Shown one piece after another: positions 1-12,105 of a stretch of DNA of 64,000 nucleotides (positions are counted from its first letter, which is position 1; each line of letters starts with the position of its first letter). The notes below the pieces were generated by a model. The model had not been told where the DNA came from. It was given only the letters and a program-made list of their open reading frames with translations, and did not search any database. Source of the DNA: Moniliella sp. 'wahieum' (lineage: Eukaryota); the NCBI GenBank assembly GCA_003971905.1, contig RSEE01000021.1:434001-498000 (forward strand), written 5' to 3'. Position numbers and translations under genes: made by a program.

Positions 1-239
1 ACCAATCAACCCGAGCTGCCGTCCGCATTTCTTCCCTCTGTCCCGGCCCCACCGTCAACTTTTTCGATCTTCGAGCCGTTGATGGCCAGCATACGCTCCT
101 CCCTCTGCCCATTCATTTGATGGGGAGACAGAATCTGACTCGTTGATTCAACGTCGTCGGCGTCCTCGCGGGCAAACGGACTTGGTCGGCCACGGGTCCA
201 AGCCGACAGGACTCACAGTCAGCACACCGTCAGCTGTGG

Positions 240-3200
240 GTGTCACTCCGCCTCCGCCCGCAGCCGCATCGCCCTATTCACCCAAACGCGTGCGCCCCAC
301 CGCCCTTCGGGACTTCGCTTCTCCTCTACTGTTCTGGACCAGACTTCGGCCCCAGCGTCGCCGTCCCGACCAGAAGAAGGCATGCATCCATCGGGCTACA
401 ACCCACCTACTTCGGCATGAATTTTGCCTCGTTCCCTGGATCGGGATGGATCGCACCCTTCCCACCCGGTCCCGCTCCCGTCGGACCTGGGACCGATGAG
501 TTGTCCCCGACCGTGCTGCGGCCGCTAGACTCCATGCTCGCGAACGCCTCCCTTTTTGCTGCAATGGGGAACCCATTTGATATTTCGCCCTTCCTTACGT
601 CCGAAACTCCCTCCGCAGTCCTCCCGCAATCCCAAAGTGGCGCAGATTCTCTCTCGCTCGACCCCTTGAGCACCGCGCTCCCGGCGTCACCGCAAGCTTC
701 CCTTCCCAGTCGGGAGGGGCAAACTCCCTTCAACTCAAAAACAGTCCCCTCATCTGCCTTGGCTCCTCCAAACCAGCCTGGCACATCTGCCCAGCCGCAT
801 TCCCTTGCTGCTCCCGTAGTAGGCATAACCCAACACGAAGCCGAGACAGTTGATTCTGCTTCTGCTAAGACTGCTGCTCTCACCGCCGGATCCTCAAGTG
901 CGAAAACGGGATCGATTGCTTTCCCCTCATGCACGGATTCCGGAGAGAATGTGCCGCACATCCTCCCTCTATCTCATCTGACTCGCCTAGTCCAGGCCTA
1001 CCTTGCCGCACCGGCGGGCTCGCGCAATGGCGACCGCATGATTCGGTCTCTGACACCCAAAGTGGTTCAAAAGTCGTATGGACCAGTGGAGAAACGGTTT
1101 ATGTGTCCGCCTCCGATGCTGCTCTTGAGGCAGCAACTGGGTCACTCCGCTCGCCTCTCCCGCAGCTCAGGCGAAGGAGATGGGTGTGGGTGCGGGCGGA
1201 CTGGTGAGCTCATCCTTGTCGACCGGGATGGGGTCCACGCAGGCCGCGCGGGAGCCCAGGATGGCGCCAACCGTTCAGCCACGCCAATTGATGGTTGGGT
1301 GCAAAATGTCATACGAATCGACGGCGGAGTTCCGAATACCCTTGCGCTGGTGGAACACGGCGGGCCAAATGGTCGACATCCACCCTCCAAACTCGGTGTG
1401 CCAACCAGAAGAGGCATGGAAGACAATGATCCTGGCCAAATCAACGTTTAAGCAGATGGCTGTATCCGAGATAGCACAAGTGGCTGCAGCCGCCCGGCCT
1501 GGGACCAGCAGCGAGAAGGACGCAGCGGCGTTGCAGCGCGACGTTCACGCCGAGTTTGTCCTCACAGCCCCTTCCAGTGCGTACCCAGGCCAGCACAAGC
1601 TTCTCGGTACCTTTCCCTCGAGTCCGGTCCGCCGAATCATCTCCAAGCCGTCCAAGAAACGGCAGTCGATTCGGGGGTCGGAAAGTGAGTACTCCCATTC
1701 AGAGCAACTGCGCACACACCTACTAACAAGAGGTCTTTTTTTCTTTTTCTCTTCCTCTGACAGTGCTCATCACCCATGGTTCGTAGTCTCCCTTTTCCAT
1801 CGTCAGCGCGCCCAAGCCTCCTCGACCAAGCACCTCTGTGTAGCCCGCAGCGACCTCGAGGCCCGCTTCAAGACAGACGATGGGATCGCGCCGGACGAGT
1901 TGAGCAAGTTGCCGGGCAACTCGTTTGTTGCTGCCGATAATTACTGGGATCCTTTCGTCATCTACCTCGTTGATCCGGCCAAGCCAACTGGGAGCGAGTC
2001 ATCCAATTTACCCCGCCATGGTGGCACTCGCCCCGCGCGCACGCCCCGGACCGGTTCACCCTTCCGGGCCGGCGACGATCCTCTCCCTCCTCCTCCACTT
2101 AACGCACTTCCTTTCCTGCCGTACGAGCCACAAGCAGTGCTCTACAATCGCCCTGTGGTACTGCAATGTGGTGACCGGATTCGTCACGCCTACGATGGTG
2201 CTTCGGCGGGTGGAAAAGGGAACGTCAGTGTTTGGTGGCTTTGCCTCGATCCAAACGGATGCGCAAGGGGCGGAGAAGGTACAATCGATTCGGCTCGGCT
2301 TGGGCCGCGAACCTTCCGACTCGCCTGTGCTCCAATTGCACAAACTCGCCCTGGAGCTGTACAATCCCCCCTCTGGTTCTGATTCGCCTTCCGCCCTCTC
2401 CGCCTCTGGCCCGGCCAACGCCAGCGGGAGTTTCCTCGCTTGTCTCAACGACATGGTTGGCATGCACAAGCTGGCTGACCACCGGCAGTGGAACTTGCAT
2501 CCGGTCCAGCCGCACAAACCACGCGCCAGCTCGGTCGCGTCGAGATCGGGATCGGGATCGGTCTGCTCTGTCGTGGGGAGTAAGCGATCTGCTTCGTTGT
2601 CCACTGGGCTGGGAGCGGGCTGGGTCGAACCGAGACCCGATCTGCCCACACGCGCCTTCCCTTCTCGTGCCTGCACGCCGCGCGTCAGTGCGACCAGCGA
2701 CCCCGATCCACCGGGCACCGAGCAGGTGCCCCCATTGTCAGCATGCGATCCACGGCGCCGGTCCGAGTCGATGGCACGGGGCCACAGTGATCTGGGCGGA
2801 GGCTCGGATGCCGAGCGGCCCGGGGCCGGCATCGGACCCATGCGCCACCCCCGTCGCGCCAGTTCAGCCTGGTCGGCACAAAACCAAAAGGACCGTCGGG
2901 CCTCACGGGTACGAAGGCAGGAGCAGTCGTTCGACTGCGAATCCGAGAGTGGGGCGTCGGGGGTTCAGTCGGGGTGGGAGGATAGCGAGAGTAATGATGC
3001 TTTGGGCAGTCGGACTCGGACCGCGTCCTGGAGCAGTTTGGCTGCGACTAATGGTCCGGACGAAGATGGGAATTCGAGAGCGGCACAAATTCATTCCTGG
3101 GTTCTGGACGTGGCGAAGAGCAACGTGTGGTGCATTGTTGGTGCCGAGACGACCGAGTACAAGTTTAGTATTCCTCCGGAACTGGTGGGGGATGTGGCGC

Positions 3201-3631
3201 CGGGTGAAGCGCATGAAACCAAAGGACGCAGCGAGCCGTTCATTGCGCCCTCTCCGACCCCGCATCCGCCCCGCTCCCTCTCGACTGGATCGCTCCCCAA
3301 CCCCAAAGACGATGCCCCGCTCGCGCCAGCCAACAGTTCTTTGGTCGCTCCCATCTCCCATTTCCCGCGCGTGTACGCATTAAAAGACATCCGCGATGGC
3401 CAAGGTACCACCTACCTTGTCCTCCATGGCGAAAACCTCGATGCCCATTTTCACATCTTCTTGGGTCTACACGTGGCACCGACGGTCTATGCCGCATCAT
3501 CGCACCAGCTGGTCTGCAAATTGCCTCCCAGTCTCCCCTTCCTCTGCCAAGCTCGGAACCCAGGCCCGGTTCCCACCGCCTTCTCCTCGTCCGGGGATGG
3601 GATCATCTTCCCCACCAACTTTGCTCTCTAA
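240..3631 (+). CDS. Fungal CSL-family (CBF1/Su(H)/LAG-1; Cbf11/Cbf12-like) transcription factor with LAG1 DNA-binding, beta-trefoil and C-terminal IPT domains; frameshifted in the assembly; start uncertain
   Basis: CSL motifs occur in order across frames: TPKVVQKSYGPVEKRFMCPPP (cf. AKVAQKSYGNEKRFFCPPP), LGTFPSSPVRRIISKPSKKRQS, SLFHRQRAQASSTKHL, FVAADNYWDPFVIYLVD, YNRPVVLQC-VVTGFVTPTMVLRRVEK, PVLQLHKLALEL, WCIVGAETTEYKF, LVLHGENL...IFLG, DGIIFPTNF. Likely intron 1685-1763 (GTGAGT...CAG). Long Ser/Pro-rich N-terminus. Confidence 0.92.
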
Positions 3632-4818
3632 CCACCCTCTTCTTATCCCGTGCATGTCTCCTTGTTCTCCGCATTGCTCCATCTGTTCATCTCGGCCGTG
3701 TCCACGCCATTCCTCCAGCTATCCCGGCTCGATAGTCCGTCCGATGTCCTCTTCCCACACCACATGCTCGCCTTCTCGACCTTGACTGCTCTACCCTACC
3801 CCTGTACCCCTGTACCCCTGACCTGCCTTCTCCCATCTCATATCATTCTTCTCATTTTTGCCCCTCAACACTGCTGGCCAGCGCCGCTGTTTCCCTGTTC
3901 CGCCCTCGTGGCGCAGATATCCCTGAGCTGCGTTGGATTGAGAGCGAGACCAGGGCCTGGCCTCGTTGAGGGGTCGACCTTTGCCTCGTCCTGCTTACTT
4001 TGCCTCTGAACTCTGTTTCCGTCTGACATCCCTCTCACTTTTCCTCTTTGAACTTCACACGACTTTGCCCCCGTCCCTGCGCCTCCCTCCGCTATACTAT
4101 ACCAGCTGGAGTACTGTACGTCCAAGTGAATGGCGCTCGCCCATATAGATGCCTGTACAGTACAGTAGGAATACAATAATGGGAGCGAATTAGTTACGGC
4201 TTGTTGGAGATTCAAGCTTCAAGCTTCACAGTTCACAGTGGTGCAATAATTCCCCTACAAGTGTGGTACAGGCGGCGTTCCCACTGTCATGATGAGAGAC
4301 CACAGGTAAAACGGGCGTAGGCGGCATGCCTTATAATTAACGGGCGATTGCCCATATTGGACGAGAGCAACAGCCGAGAGTCTCACTTATGCATACTTAT
4401 ATTAGTCACTCAGCCTGTCGATTGGGCCGTCGGCTAGAACCATATCGCCGGGCTCGCGCAATGATGAGAGTTTTACTTGACACTGGAGAAAAGCGCAAGC
4501 TTTCCTAGGCATTAGCAACTAATGCACTCTCGCTTCCAATTCCCCCCTCTACTGTATTGGTTCCCCTACTAACTATCGACTATCGGCATTGGCTATACGA
4601 CCTTCCGACGACAAAATGGGTTTGTTGTGACTCCATCGTGAATTGATCCGGTCATACTTTTTAACAAAATCATTACAAGGCATTTAGGGGTAACTGGCAG
4701 GCAAAAGGGAGAAGCGGGTAGGCTTGGAGCCCGTCCGCAATAACACAAAAAACAGGTGAGAGGCAGGGACATCAAAGTGAAAGCTGATGAGAAAGCGCAA
4801 GAAAAAAGTAAAGAACGG

Positions 4819-6696
4819 TCATGGAGAGTAGGTCTGAGCCATCTTGCCACAAGCCGGGTTGGGAAGCGCATTGATGTAGTCCATGGTGGAGGTGTGAGAG
4901 CCCATGGCGGGCACAGCACCATTGGCAATCTGTTGCAGGAACGAATACTGCATCTGATGTTCTGGCGGCTCGGCCTTTACGGGCGTGGTGGAGTTCATCA
5001 TCTTGAACCCCCAGAAGAAGGAGCCAGCGCCCGAGGCGTAGGCCGCCACTTGGGTCGCGTAATACTGCGCATTCCAGCCGGCATCGGTGGGGCCAGACAC
5101 CAAGCTAAACTCAGTCTTGGCCATGGGTACGGGGAAACCGTCGTAGATGGAGGTGATTTGGCACACCAGGTTGGTGATCTTGCTCTCGTCCATCACGGCC
5201 GGGAACCAGCCGGGGTACGGGTTGTCGTTGATCACCAGCATCGATGCATTCTTGCCGGTCGCAAAGGGGGCCCAGTACTGGGCGGGTTTAGGGGCAAATC
5301 CATGGTGGAAAAACATGCTGTACCCAGCCTTTTGCAGCGTGGTGTACGACCGCTCGTAAAAGGCCTCGGTCACGTTGAGGTGCGTGCCGACGGTCGCATA
5401 AAACACTCCATTCGGCTCATTGACCGGCGAGATGGCACTGACGACCGACTTGTAGGGGTTGTAGCTCAACCAGTCAATCAACGCCGCCAGCGTCGCATCC
5501 GACCGCTGCTGGTTCTGGTCAGTCCACCAGGCGGGAGAAGTGGTGTTGAGTCCACTGGATTGATCACCCGACTATACATAGACAAGATTCAAAAGGAGGA
5601 GTTAGCCAGCGCCCAGGATATGTACAGGGGGTCGGTGTGTGTGGGAGGAGGGTAGACGTACCTGAGATCGGGCAGACCGTGCAGGTCAATCACCGCGTAC
5701 ATCTTGCGTTCCACAGCCATCCAAGCGCACGGGTGAGGTGGAACAGTTGGGTCGAGTTGACATAGGGTTCGCCATCGACCAGGGGGATGAAGGGCCAAAA
5801 GCCAATCGGGATGCGAACTTGGTTGACACCGTACTGGTACAACGTCTCAATCTCGTCCTCGGTTACCCATTGATCGAAATGGTCGTTGAGGACCTGCGAC
5901 GTGTTGGCACCTACCGTTTGGGAAAAGTGCCACTCGTCCCAGTCGTTGGGAGCATACTGGGTGAACCAGTCTTCATCCGACCATCGTTCGAGGATAAGCC
6001 AGTTGTTGAGCGAGACGCCCAATGCCTTCTGGTTGTTATTAGCCCAGTCCCAGAAGGGGAGGGGTGTAATGTTTTTGGGATTGTTGCCACTGCTATCGAG
6101 GGGAGAAGCAGCGGGTTGGCCGTTACCAGAAGGAGTGCTGTGGGTTGTGACGGCGCTTGCGATTGCGACGGCGATGGTGATTGCGATGATTGCGATTGCG
6201 AGAGTGGTGGTGGGTGCCAATTCCCACGGTCGACGATGTGGTTTCTTTGACAATCCTACTCCCAAGCCGGCCCCCAGTCCGACAGCCAGGGCAACAATCC
6301 GAGTGCAGCCAAGAGGACAGCCATTTTCTTGTGAGACGCGAACCAAGAGCGTTGACCTACTGGCTTCTCTCCGACGGGTGTAGGAAGAGCATAGGGGTCG
6401 TCCTGTGGGAACTGATGGCCACGAGACGAGGCGGCGCCTGTGGCAGCTGCGCCACTGGTGCCTAGGCGAGAGGAGCTGTGTGGATAATCGGGGCTGTCAG
6501 AGCGGTAGCCGGCGTGAGTGTGTTGATTGGGGGTGGGTTCGAGCAAGACGGAGTCGGATCGGCCCCAGTCGGTGCTGGCGCCGCCGGCGGTGCTTGGACG
6601 GGCGAACATGGCGGTAGAAGACTTGCTGGGCATCATGGGCTCTGCTGTCGACGAGGGGTTGACAGAGAGCTTCATATCGGGTGAGGGCGAGGCCAT
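4819..6696 (-). CDS. GH5 (subfamily 9-like) exo-1,3-beta-glucanase / glucan 1,3-beta-glucosidase with a cytoplasmic N-terminus, one TM helix and a Ser/Gln/Pro linker
   Basis: GVSLNNWLILERW, DEWHF, LNDHFDQWVTEDEI, GVNQVRIPIGFW, VIDLHGLP(GSQ), acid/base VNEP, nucleophile TEFSL and GSFFWGFK. Intron 5661-5572 (GTACGT...CTAAC...TAG). Hydrophobic segment LALAVGLGAGLGVGL near 6260-6320. Confidence 0.92.
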
Positions 6697-8451
6697 GATG
6701 GCGGTCGGGTGGCTGAATAGGATGGATTAGGGGGTTGGGGGGTTGGGGGCGGCGGTGGCAGGAAGAAGAGGGAGACAGAGACGGGCAGAGAAGCGAGAGG
6801 GGGAGCCCGCGCGTATGCCTGGGTGTAGCCGCTGTGTGCGACGCAGCAAGGCAGAGTGGTATTTATACAGAGGTACTGGCCGCGTGGCGTAGTAGGTTGC
6901 TGCAGAGCCGATGCGGATGATGGGAGCGGCGTGGTGCTGTACTTCTGCGTATGGCCAGTCTGATCCTCGTCTCAGGTACTCAGTACCGGGTATATCACAC
7001 CGAACACAGACGATCCTCGAGCCTCGAGGTGCCGCAGGACGCGCATGGGCGCGGCAGGGCGCCGCATGGCACTGGGGCGCGCGGCGTTGGGCGCTTGAGC
7101 CTTATAGCAGCGTCTGCGCTGAGCGGCTGGGCGACTGGGAGACTGCGGACTGAGTCTGAGCGGCTGAGCACGCAGTACTGAGTAGCTTCTCAGCCGCTGC
7201 GATGCATCCCTGCATCAGACGGCTACTGCAGCAGCGCCAACGCTGCCGACGGGCCAACGCCTGCTTGCTGCCGGGCATGCCGGGCAACGCCCTAGTCCCT
7301 CGTCCCAAGCACGCGCCACCCCACTAGTCACTAGCACTAGCTAGTCACTGCAGTCGCTGGGAGTGGGTCGCCCCGAGGGCCGCGGGTGTCTGCAGCACGG
7401 GTGTCTGCAGCCGTGCTGCAGCACCCTCTGGATCCAACTCAAAACTGAGACTCAGTACTCAGTAGGTGCCCAGCCGACGATCACTCGCTGACCGGTCACC
7501 GGTCACCTAAGCTGACGCGCTGACGGATCATCGATTGGGACAGGCTCGGGGCCTGTGTCCATTGCAGCGCCCTGGGTGCTGGTCCCTGGCTGGCGCTTGC
7601 CACTAGCCACTGTTTGCCACCTACTGCCCCGCGCCAAGCACACGGCGAATAAGGCGGCTGCCCCCTGCTGCCCCAGGGCACACGGCAAGTAACTGTTCCT
7701 GGACAGCCAACCCCGCTGGGCGGAGGCGTGGGTGCGTGGGCGCAGGGGCGCGTGGGCATCGGAGTTGGGTGGACGGGCGCAATGGGTTGGCTGGGAGCCT
7801 GGTCTACGAAAGCGGGGAAAGTCGCTCACCTAGATCGCCGATCTTACCCGTTCTCCTGATCAGATTGCCCATCCGGATCATCATGTGAGCGTCATAGCGC
7901 ATGATGCATGAGTGCATGAGCGCCCGACCTATGATCCTCCGAACGTCATCGAGCGTCATCGATCATCGACGTCATCGCGTCATCGCAATCGACGCAGGGA
8001 TGCGAAAATCATGTTAATCATGTTTGATCGTCCACGTTCCACTGACATGTGCGACACATTGGCTGCGTACAGAAGCGCAGGCCCAACGAAGCATTGATGA
8101 CATAGAAACCACTGCAACATTTTGTAACTACATGTGATTGTACCGAGTACATGGTAAATTGGCGTCCAGGTACGCCGTCACGAGGTGCTCCGAAGAGAGG
8201 AGAGGGGGGCATAACAGTGGGGCGCGTTTGCGAGTGTGCGACGGCGCACAGTGTTGAAAGCGTTGGGGAAATCGAGCATGGCGATTGAATTTGTCTAGCT
8301 CCAGGACCTCCTCCCCACAGTTGGTGCTGTAATATAAAACGCTCTATAGACCATCCGCTCGATGGGCTCCACTTCTTACGCGATGATATCTCCAGTTGAG
8401 TTGGGAGGAGCCTTGTGGCCCGAGCAGAGCGAGCGGTGGTGATGACGGGGC

Positions 8452-8480
8452 GGCGGTGGCGGTGGCGGTGGCGGTGGCGG
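8452..8480. repeat. (GGCGGT)n microsatellite, about 5 copies
   Basis: Directly visible tandem ggcggt units. Confidence 0.85.
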
Positions 8481-8995
8481 CAGGCGTCTGCGTCATCAGA
8501 ACCAAGTAAACCACGCGCTATTTTGAGAGTTTGTATAACTATGAAATGGTACCCACGCCCAGGTGGCGTAAGTAGTGGTTACCGGTTACCGGTTATGCGT
8601 CAAGTGTGCTGCAAGTCTCTCCACGGATCACAGATCACATGGGATCACACAATGTTATGTTTGCTGCCCTAACCAATGCGCTGCCTGTCTTTCTCGTCCA
8701 TAGCCTTCGGTAGTCCATCCTGCAACAAGGCCACGGCGTGTCGCCTGAACCCCTAGGTGGACAGGATCCGATCAAAATGATGAATATACGACTGTCGGAT
8801 GATACTGTGTGCAATGACTCGATGTACCTTTTGCTCGCTGTGGCTTCCTACGAGTACTATGGCTTCCTGCTATGGCGGATATCAAAAGTGGAGGAAACCA
8901 ATAATGACTTTTTTCATCAACAAGACCAAACAAATTAACGAAACCAATTAAAAAGCACAACAACAATCGCAAGCAAAATGAACAGGAGCCTATCT

Positions 8996-9505
8996 TTAAA
9001 CGTCGTCCGCGGTCCAGGCTCGGCGAAGGGGAGATGGCCCAGGCGAGACGTCGGAGCCAGCACGCTGGCGTGCCAGCCTGGTTTTGTACCTGTTGCTCCC
9101 CGCCTTCCGCCTGGCGTAGTAGGCGGCGCGGCGCTCAGCGTCAGGCAGGAGGTGGGGCTCAAACACGTGGACCAAGTCTGGGCGGGTCGTGAAGAACGAG
9201 TGGTCGGAAGGAGAAGGAGAAGGAGAAGGAGAAGGAGAAGGAGAAGGAGAAGGAGAAGGAGAAGGAGAAGGAGAAGGAGAAGGAGAAGGAGAAGGAGAAG
9301 GAGAAGGAGAAGGAGAAGGAGAAGGAGAAGGAGAAGGAGAAGGAGAAGGAGAAGGAGAAGGAGAAGGAGAAGGAGAAGGAGAAGGAGAAGGAGAAGCAAT
9401 TAAAGAAGAAGTCAAAAGAAACGAGGGAAAGAAATAGTATGTGGTCAAGGAAGGGTGCATGAGCAGGATAAGCATGAGGCTGGTGTGGCGCGGAGCCAAG
9501 CCCAT
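8996..9505 (-). CDS. Possible small Ser-Pro-repeat protein spanning the microsatellite (hypothetical)
   Basis: The open frame runs through (SP)n into a non-repetitive, protein-like tail: DHSFFTTRPDLVHVFEPHLLPDAERRAAYYARRKAG...PGPSPLRRAWTADDV*. No family recognised. Confidence 0.3.
   Translation of the reverse strand: MGLAPRHTSLMLILLMHPSLTTYYFFPSFLLTSSLIASPSPSPSPSPSPSPSPSPSPSPSPSPSPSPSPSPSPSPSPSPSPSPSPSPSPSPSPSPSPSPSDHSFFTTRPDLVHVFEPHLLPDAERRAAYYARRKAGSNRYKTRLARQRAGSDVSPGPSPLRRAWTADDV
9207..9396. repeat. Perfect (GAAGGA)n hexanucleotide microsatellite, about 31 copies (190 bp, all purines on the + strand)
   Basis: Uninterrupted gaagga repeats; these produce the poly-L, SP, SF, R and EG ORFs in the track. 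Confidence 0.98.
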
Positions 9506-10727
9506 GACAGGAATGGAGGACGGATAAGAAGATGAAGAGGACGGGCTGGGGGACCGGGAGGATGGACATGAATCATACGAGGACGGTTGAGAAGCATGGG
9601 AGGGTAGACAGGAAACAGAAGAGGACGAGGAGGAATAGATGAGTTGGACAGGGGTGCGGGCAGTAGCAGCAAGAAGTTGACGCGACTGAAGGGAGCAGCA
9701 GCGCGGCACCGAATAAACGGTTCATCGCGAACAGCGCAGGGGATGATGGGGGGGAATTGCGTGGCGACAGCGCCTACTCGCCGCTTTTAAATGCCTGTGC
9801 ACCCGCTGTTTTACAATGTCTCAGTCTGACCACCGGGATTACGCGATTACGTGATGGCACATTGAATATTCAATGTTCAAGGCGGTCCACGTTCAACTTG
9901 AAATTGAATCTTGAACGTTCAACACGTTCAACGTTATATAGAAGCGGGTCCTCTTTGTTGAAGCTTGAAGGGGTATGTGTGAGGATTCCCCTGCACGACC
10001 CTCAGTTGATCGGTGACGCTCGCCTAGCGGCCGATGGGCGGAAGAGTTCCGCTCGCAGGCGGCGCGCCCCATGCTCGCTCCATCTCCCTGTTCTCTCTCC
10101 TGACTCCTTCCCTTCAGACGTTGCTAGAAGATTTGGCTTACCACTTTTGCCTTCAAGCTTCACGCCTTGTCTGAAGGTTGCTTTGCAGCTGATCCATACT
10201 GGTCGCGAGGACTCCTAATTCGCACTCGAGCATCCTTTAGTCGGTCCCGATCCCTGGCTCAGGCCTGAGCCTCAGGCGAGCAACGCATCTACCACTAATC
10301 AGCGCTCAGCGCTCAGCATACTAGCCGGCGAACCAGCTTATGACCGTGCCATCCCCAGCCATCCCCACTGACAGACGATGGAGATGGGGAGGAAGGGATC
10401 ACCTCAGAATCATATTCATAGGCGAGGTAAATATATGCCTCGGAGAAGAGAACATGCGAGCTGAATGACATCGAGAACAGGAAGTGGAGCATAGACAAAG
10501 GGGAAAACAGGGCCTAGACCAAATCAAGGGGCCCATCCAACCTGGTGACTGTGTGTGCCAGGTGGGTCTGACTGAGGTCTGATCCCAACACTCACGCTTC
10601 GTTGTCGTATCCCATCCACAGCTCCTGCGCCCCGCTGAGGCCCACTCCGCTCAGTGAACTGGAAGCTCCCGCGAACCGACTGTTGACTTCTTGAGCCATC
10701 AAGCTTCAAGGAGAGGAGGACAAGTAC

Positions 10728-10963
10728 TTTGACTGTGATCCTCTGGCTCCCAGTCGGTAGACCAGGTTCGCCTCGGTTCCATCGGCTCCACGCTGACGTC
10801 CCTGCGTGTCACTGTCCCTGTGCCCTGCACTCTCTCTGTGTGACTCACTGTCCCTGTGCCTAGTCCAGCCTCCTATATAGATGCCTCTGTACCCAGACCC
10901 AACTCTGGCTCCAATCCATCACCTTCTCCTCATCCTTCTGCCCGTCCGCTCCCTAGGCCAACA
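10728..10963 (+). repeat. 5' LTR
   Basis: t(g)ttgactgtgatcctctggc...ctaggccaaca; contains a TATATAG TATA-like box at about 10874. Confidence 0.93.
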
Positions 10964-11084
10964 GAGCTACAATCTGATCCCCCGGAAGGGGAGCGCTCTT
11001 CAAGCAAGCCCACCCCCAAGCCTACAAGCCCAAGCTAAGCCGCCAAGCCCACAAGACACACCCGTCCTCCCGCCCAACAACACC

Positions 11085-11164
11085 ACCGCCACAATCGGCA
11101 CCTTACCGCCACAATCGGCATACTACCGCCACAATCGGCATACTACCGCCACAATCGGCACACT
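11085..11164 (+). repeat. 20-bp tandem minisatellite (ACCGCCACAATCGGCATACT) x4 inside the LTR element
   Basis: Four near-identical units are visible at 11085-11164. Confidence 0.92.
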
Positions 11165-11870
11165 CGTCCCCCACAGATGGGCATGATTTTTAGGGACAAC
11201 ACACGACGAACAAAACGTGTCGGGTATCGTCAACGAGACGAAATTCCTCCAACGACAAAACGGCGCAGGCGAATCGCAGAAAGCGGGGTGGCTGCTCATC
11301 AAGTGCCCCACCCACGGCTACACGCCCCGGATTGCCAATTCATCCGGGGCACCTGGGGAAAGGATGGGGGGGGGTGGTCACCCAACTTCTTCCACTCCTC
11401 TTTTTCAACCAAGAGAACCCAAACAGATCAAGACGGTTGACGCATAGCGCCCGTTCATTTCCCATGCCCAATGGACCCCACTGGCACCAGGCATGCGGAA
11501 CCAAACAACTACCAAACGCATCCAATTTTGATGCCAAACGACCTTGGACCGCATTTACTCAAGTTTCCAATTTTCTTTCACTACACCTATAACTGGTGCT
11601 TTTTACTTTTGCCCACCAAATCGCTTCGGGGCGCAACCCCTACTACTTTTACTTCTAAGACTTCTACAAGCATCTGGCGGTCGCACAATACACCAACCAC
11701 AAGCGCTCGGCTCGTTCAGGTGTCTCCTGGACAGCGGGGGTGTAGGCCAGTCGTGTGGCCATGCACAACTCCAGGCCATTCGTCCCGGTGCCACTCAAGT
11801 CTCCCCTCTCTACATCCAGGCAGGAGCTCATCCCACAACCGATGTCTCCGGGTTCCCTGGCCAGCGGGGG

Positions 11871-12105
11871 TGTTGACTGTGATCCTCTGGCTCCCAGTCG
11901 GTAGACCAGGTTCGCCTCGGTTCCATCGGCTTCCACGCTGACGTCCCTGCGTGTACTGTCCCTGTGCCTGCACTCTCTCCTGTGTGACTCACTGTCCCTG
12001 TGCCTAGTCCAGCCTCCTATAGATGCCTCTGTACCCGACCCAACTCTGGCTCCAATCCATCACCTTCTCCTCATCCTTCTGCCCGTCCGGCTCCCTAGGC
12101 CAACA
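11871..12105 (+). repeat. 3' LTR
   Basis: tgttgactgtgatcc...ctaggccaaca; differs from the 5' LTR only by small indels. Confidence 0.93.

Larger units (their letters stand above)
10728..12105 (+). mobile_element. Complete non-autonomous LTR retroelement (TRIM-like), about 1378 bp
   Basis: Two ~235-bp direct repeats (10728-10963 and 11871-12105) have TGTTG...CAACA termini; the 5' copy lacks one G. 5-bp TSD AGTAC at 10723-10727 and 12106-12110. A purine tract AGCGGGGG abuts the 3' LTR. No gag/pol motifs in the ~900-bp interior. Confidence 0.93.

Noticed and set aside
9207..9396. H-DNA (triplex) element
   Set aside because: The tract is homopurine, but (GAAGGA)n is not a perfect mirror repeat, so triplex formation is not supported from sequence alone.
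8935..9569. Poly-Leu, poly-Arg, (EG)n and (SF)n ORFs
   Set aside because: These are alternative readings of the (GAAGGA)n microsatellite; at most one frame can be real.
11085..11164. 20-bp repeats as a CRISPR array
   Set aside because: The units are head-to-tail with no unique spacers, there are no cas genes, and the context is eukaryotic and inside an LTR element.
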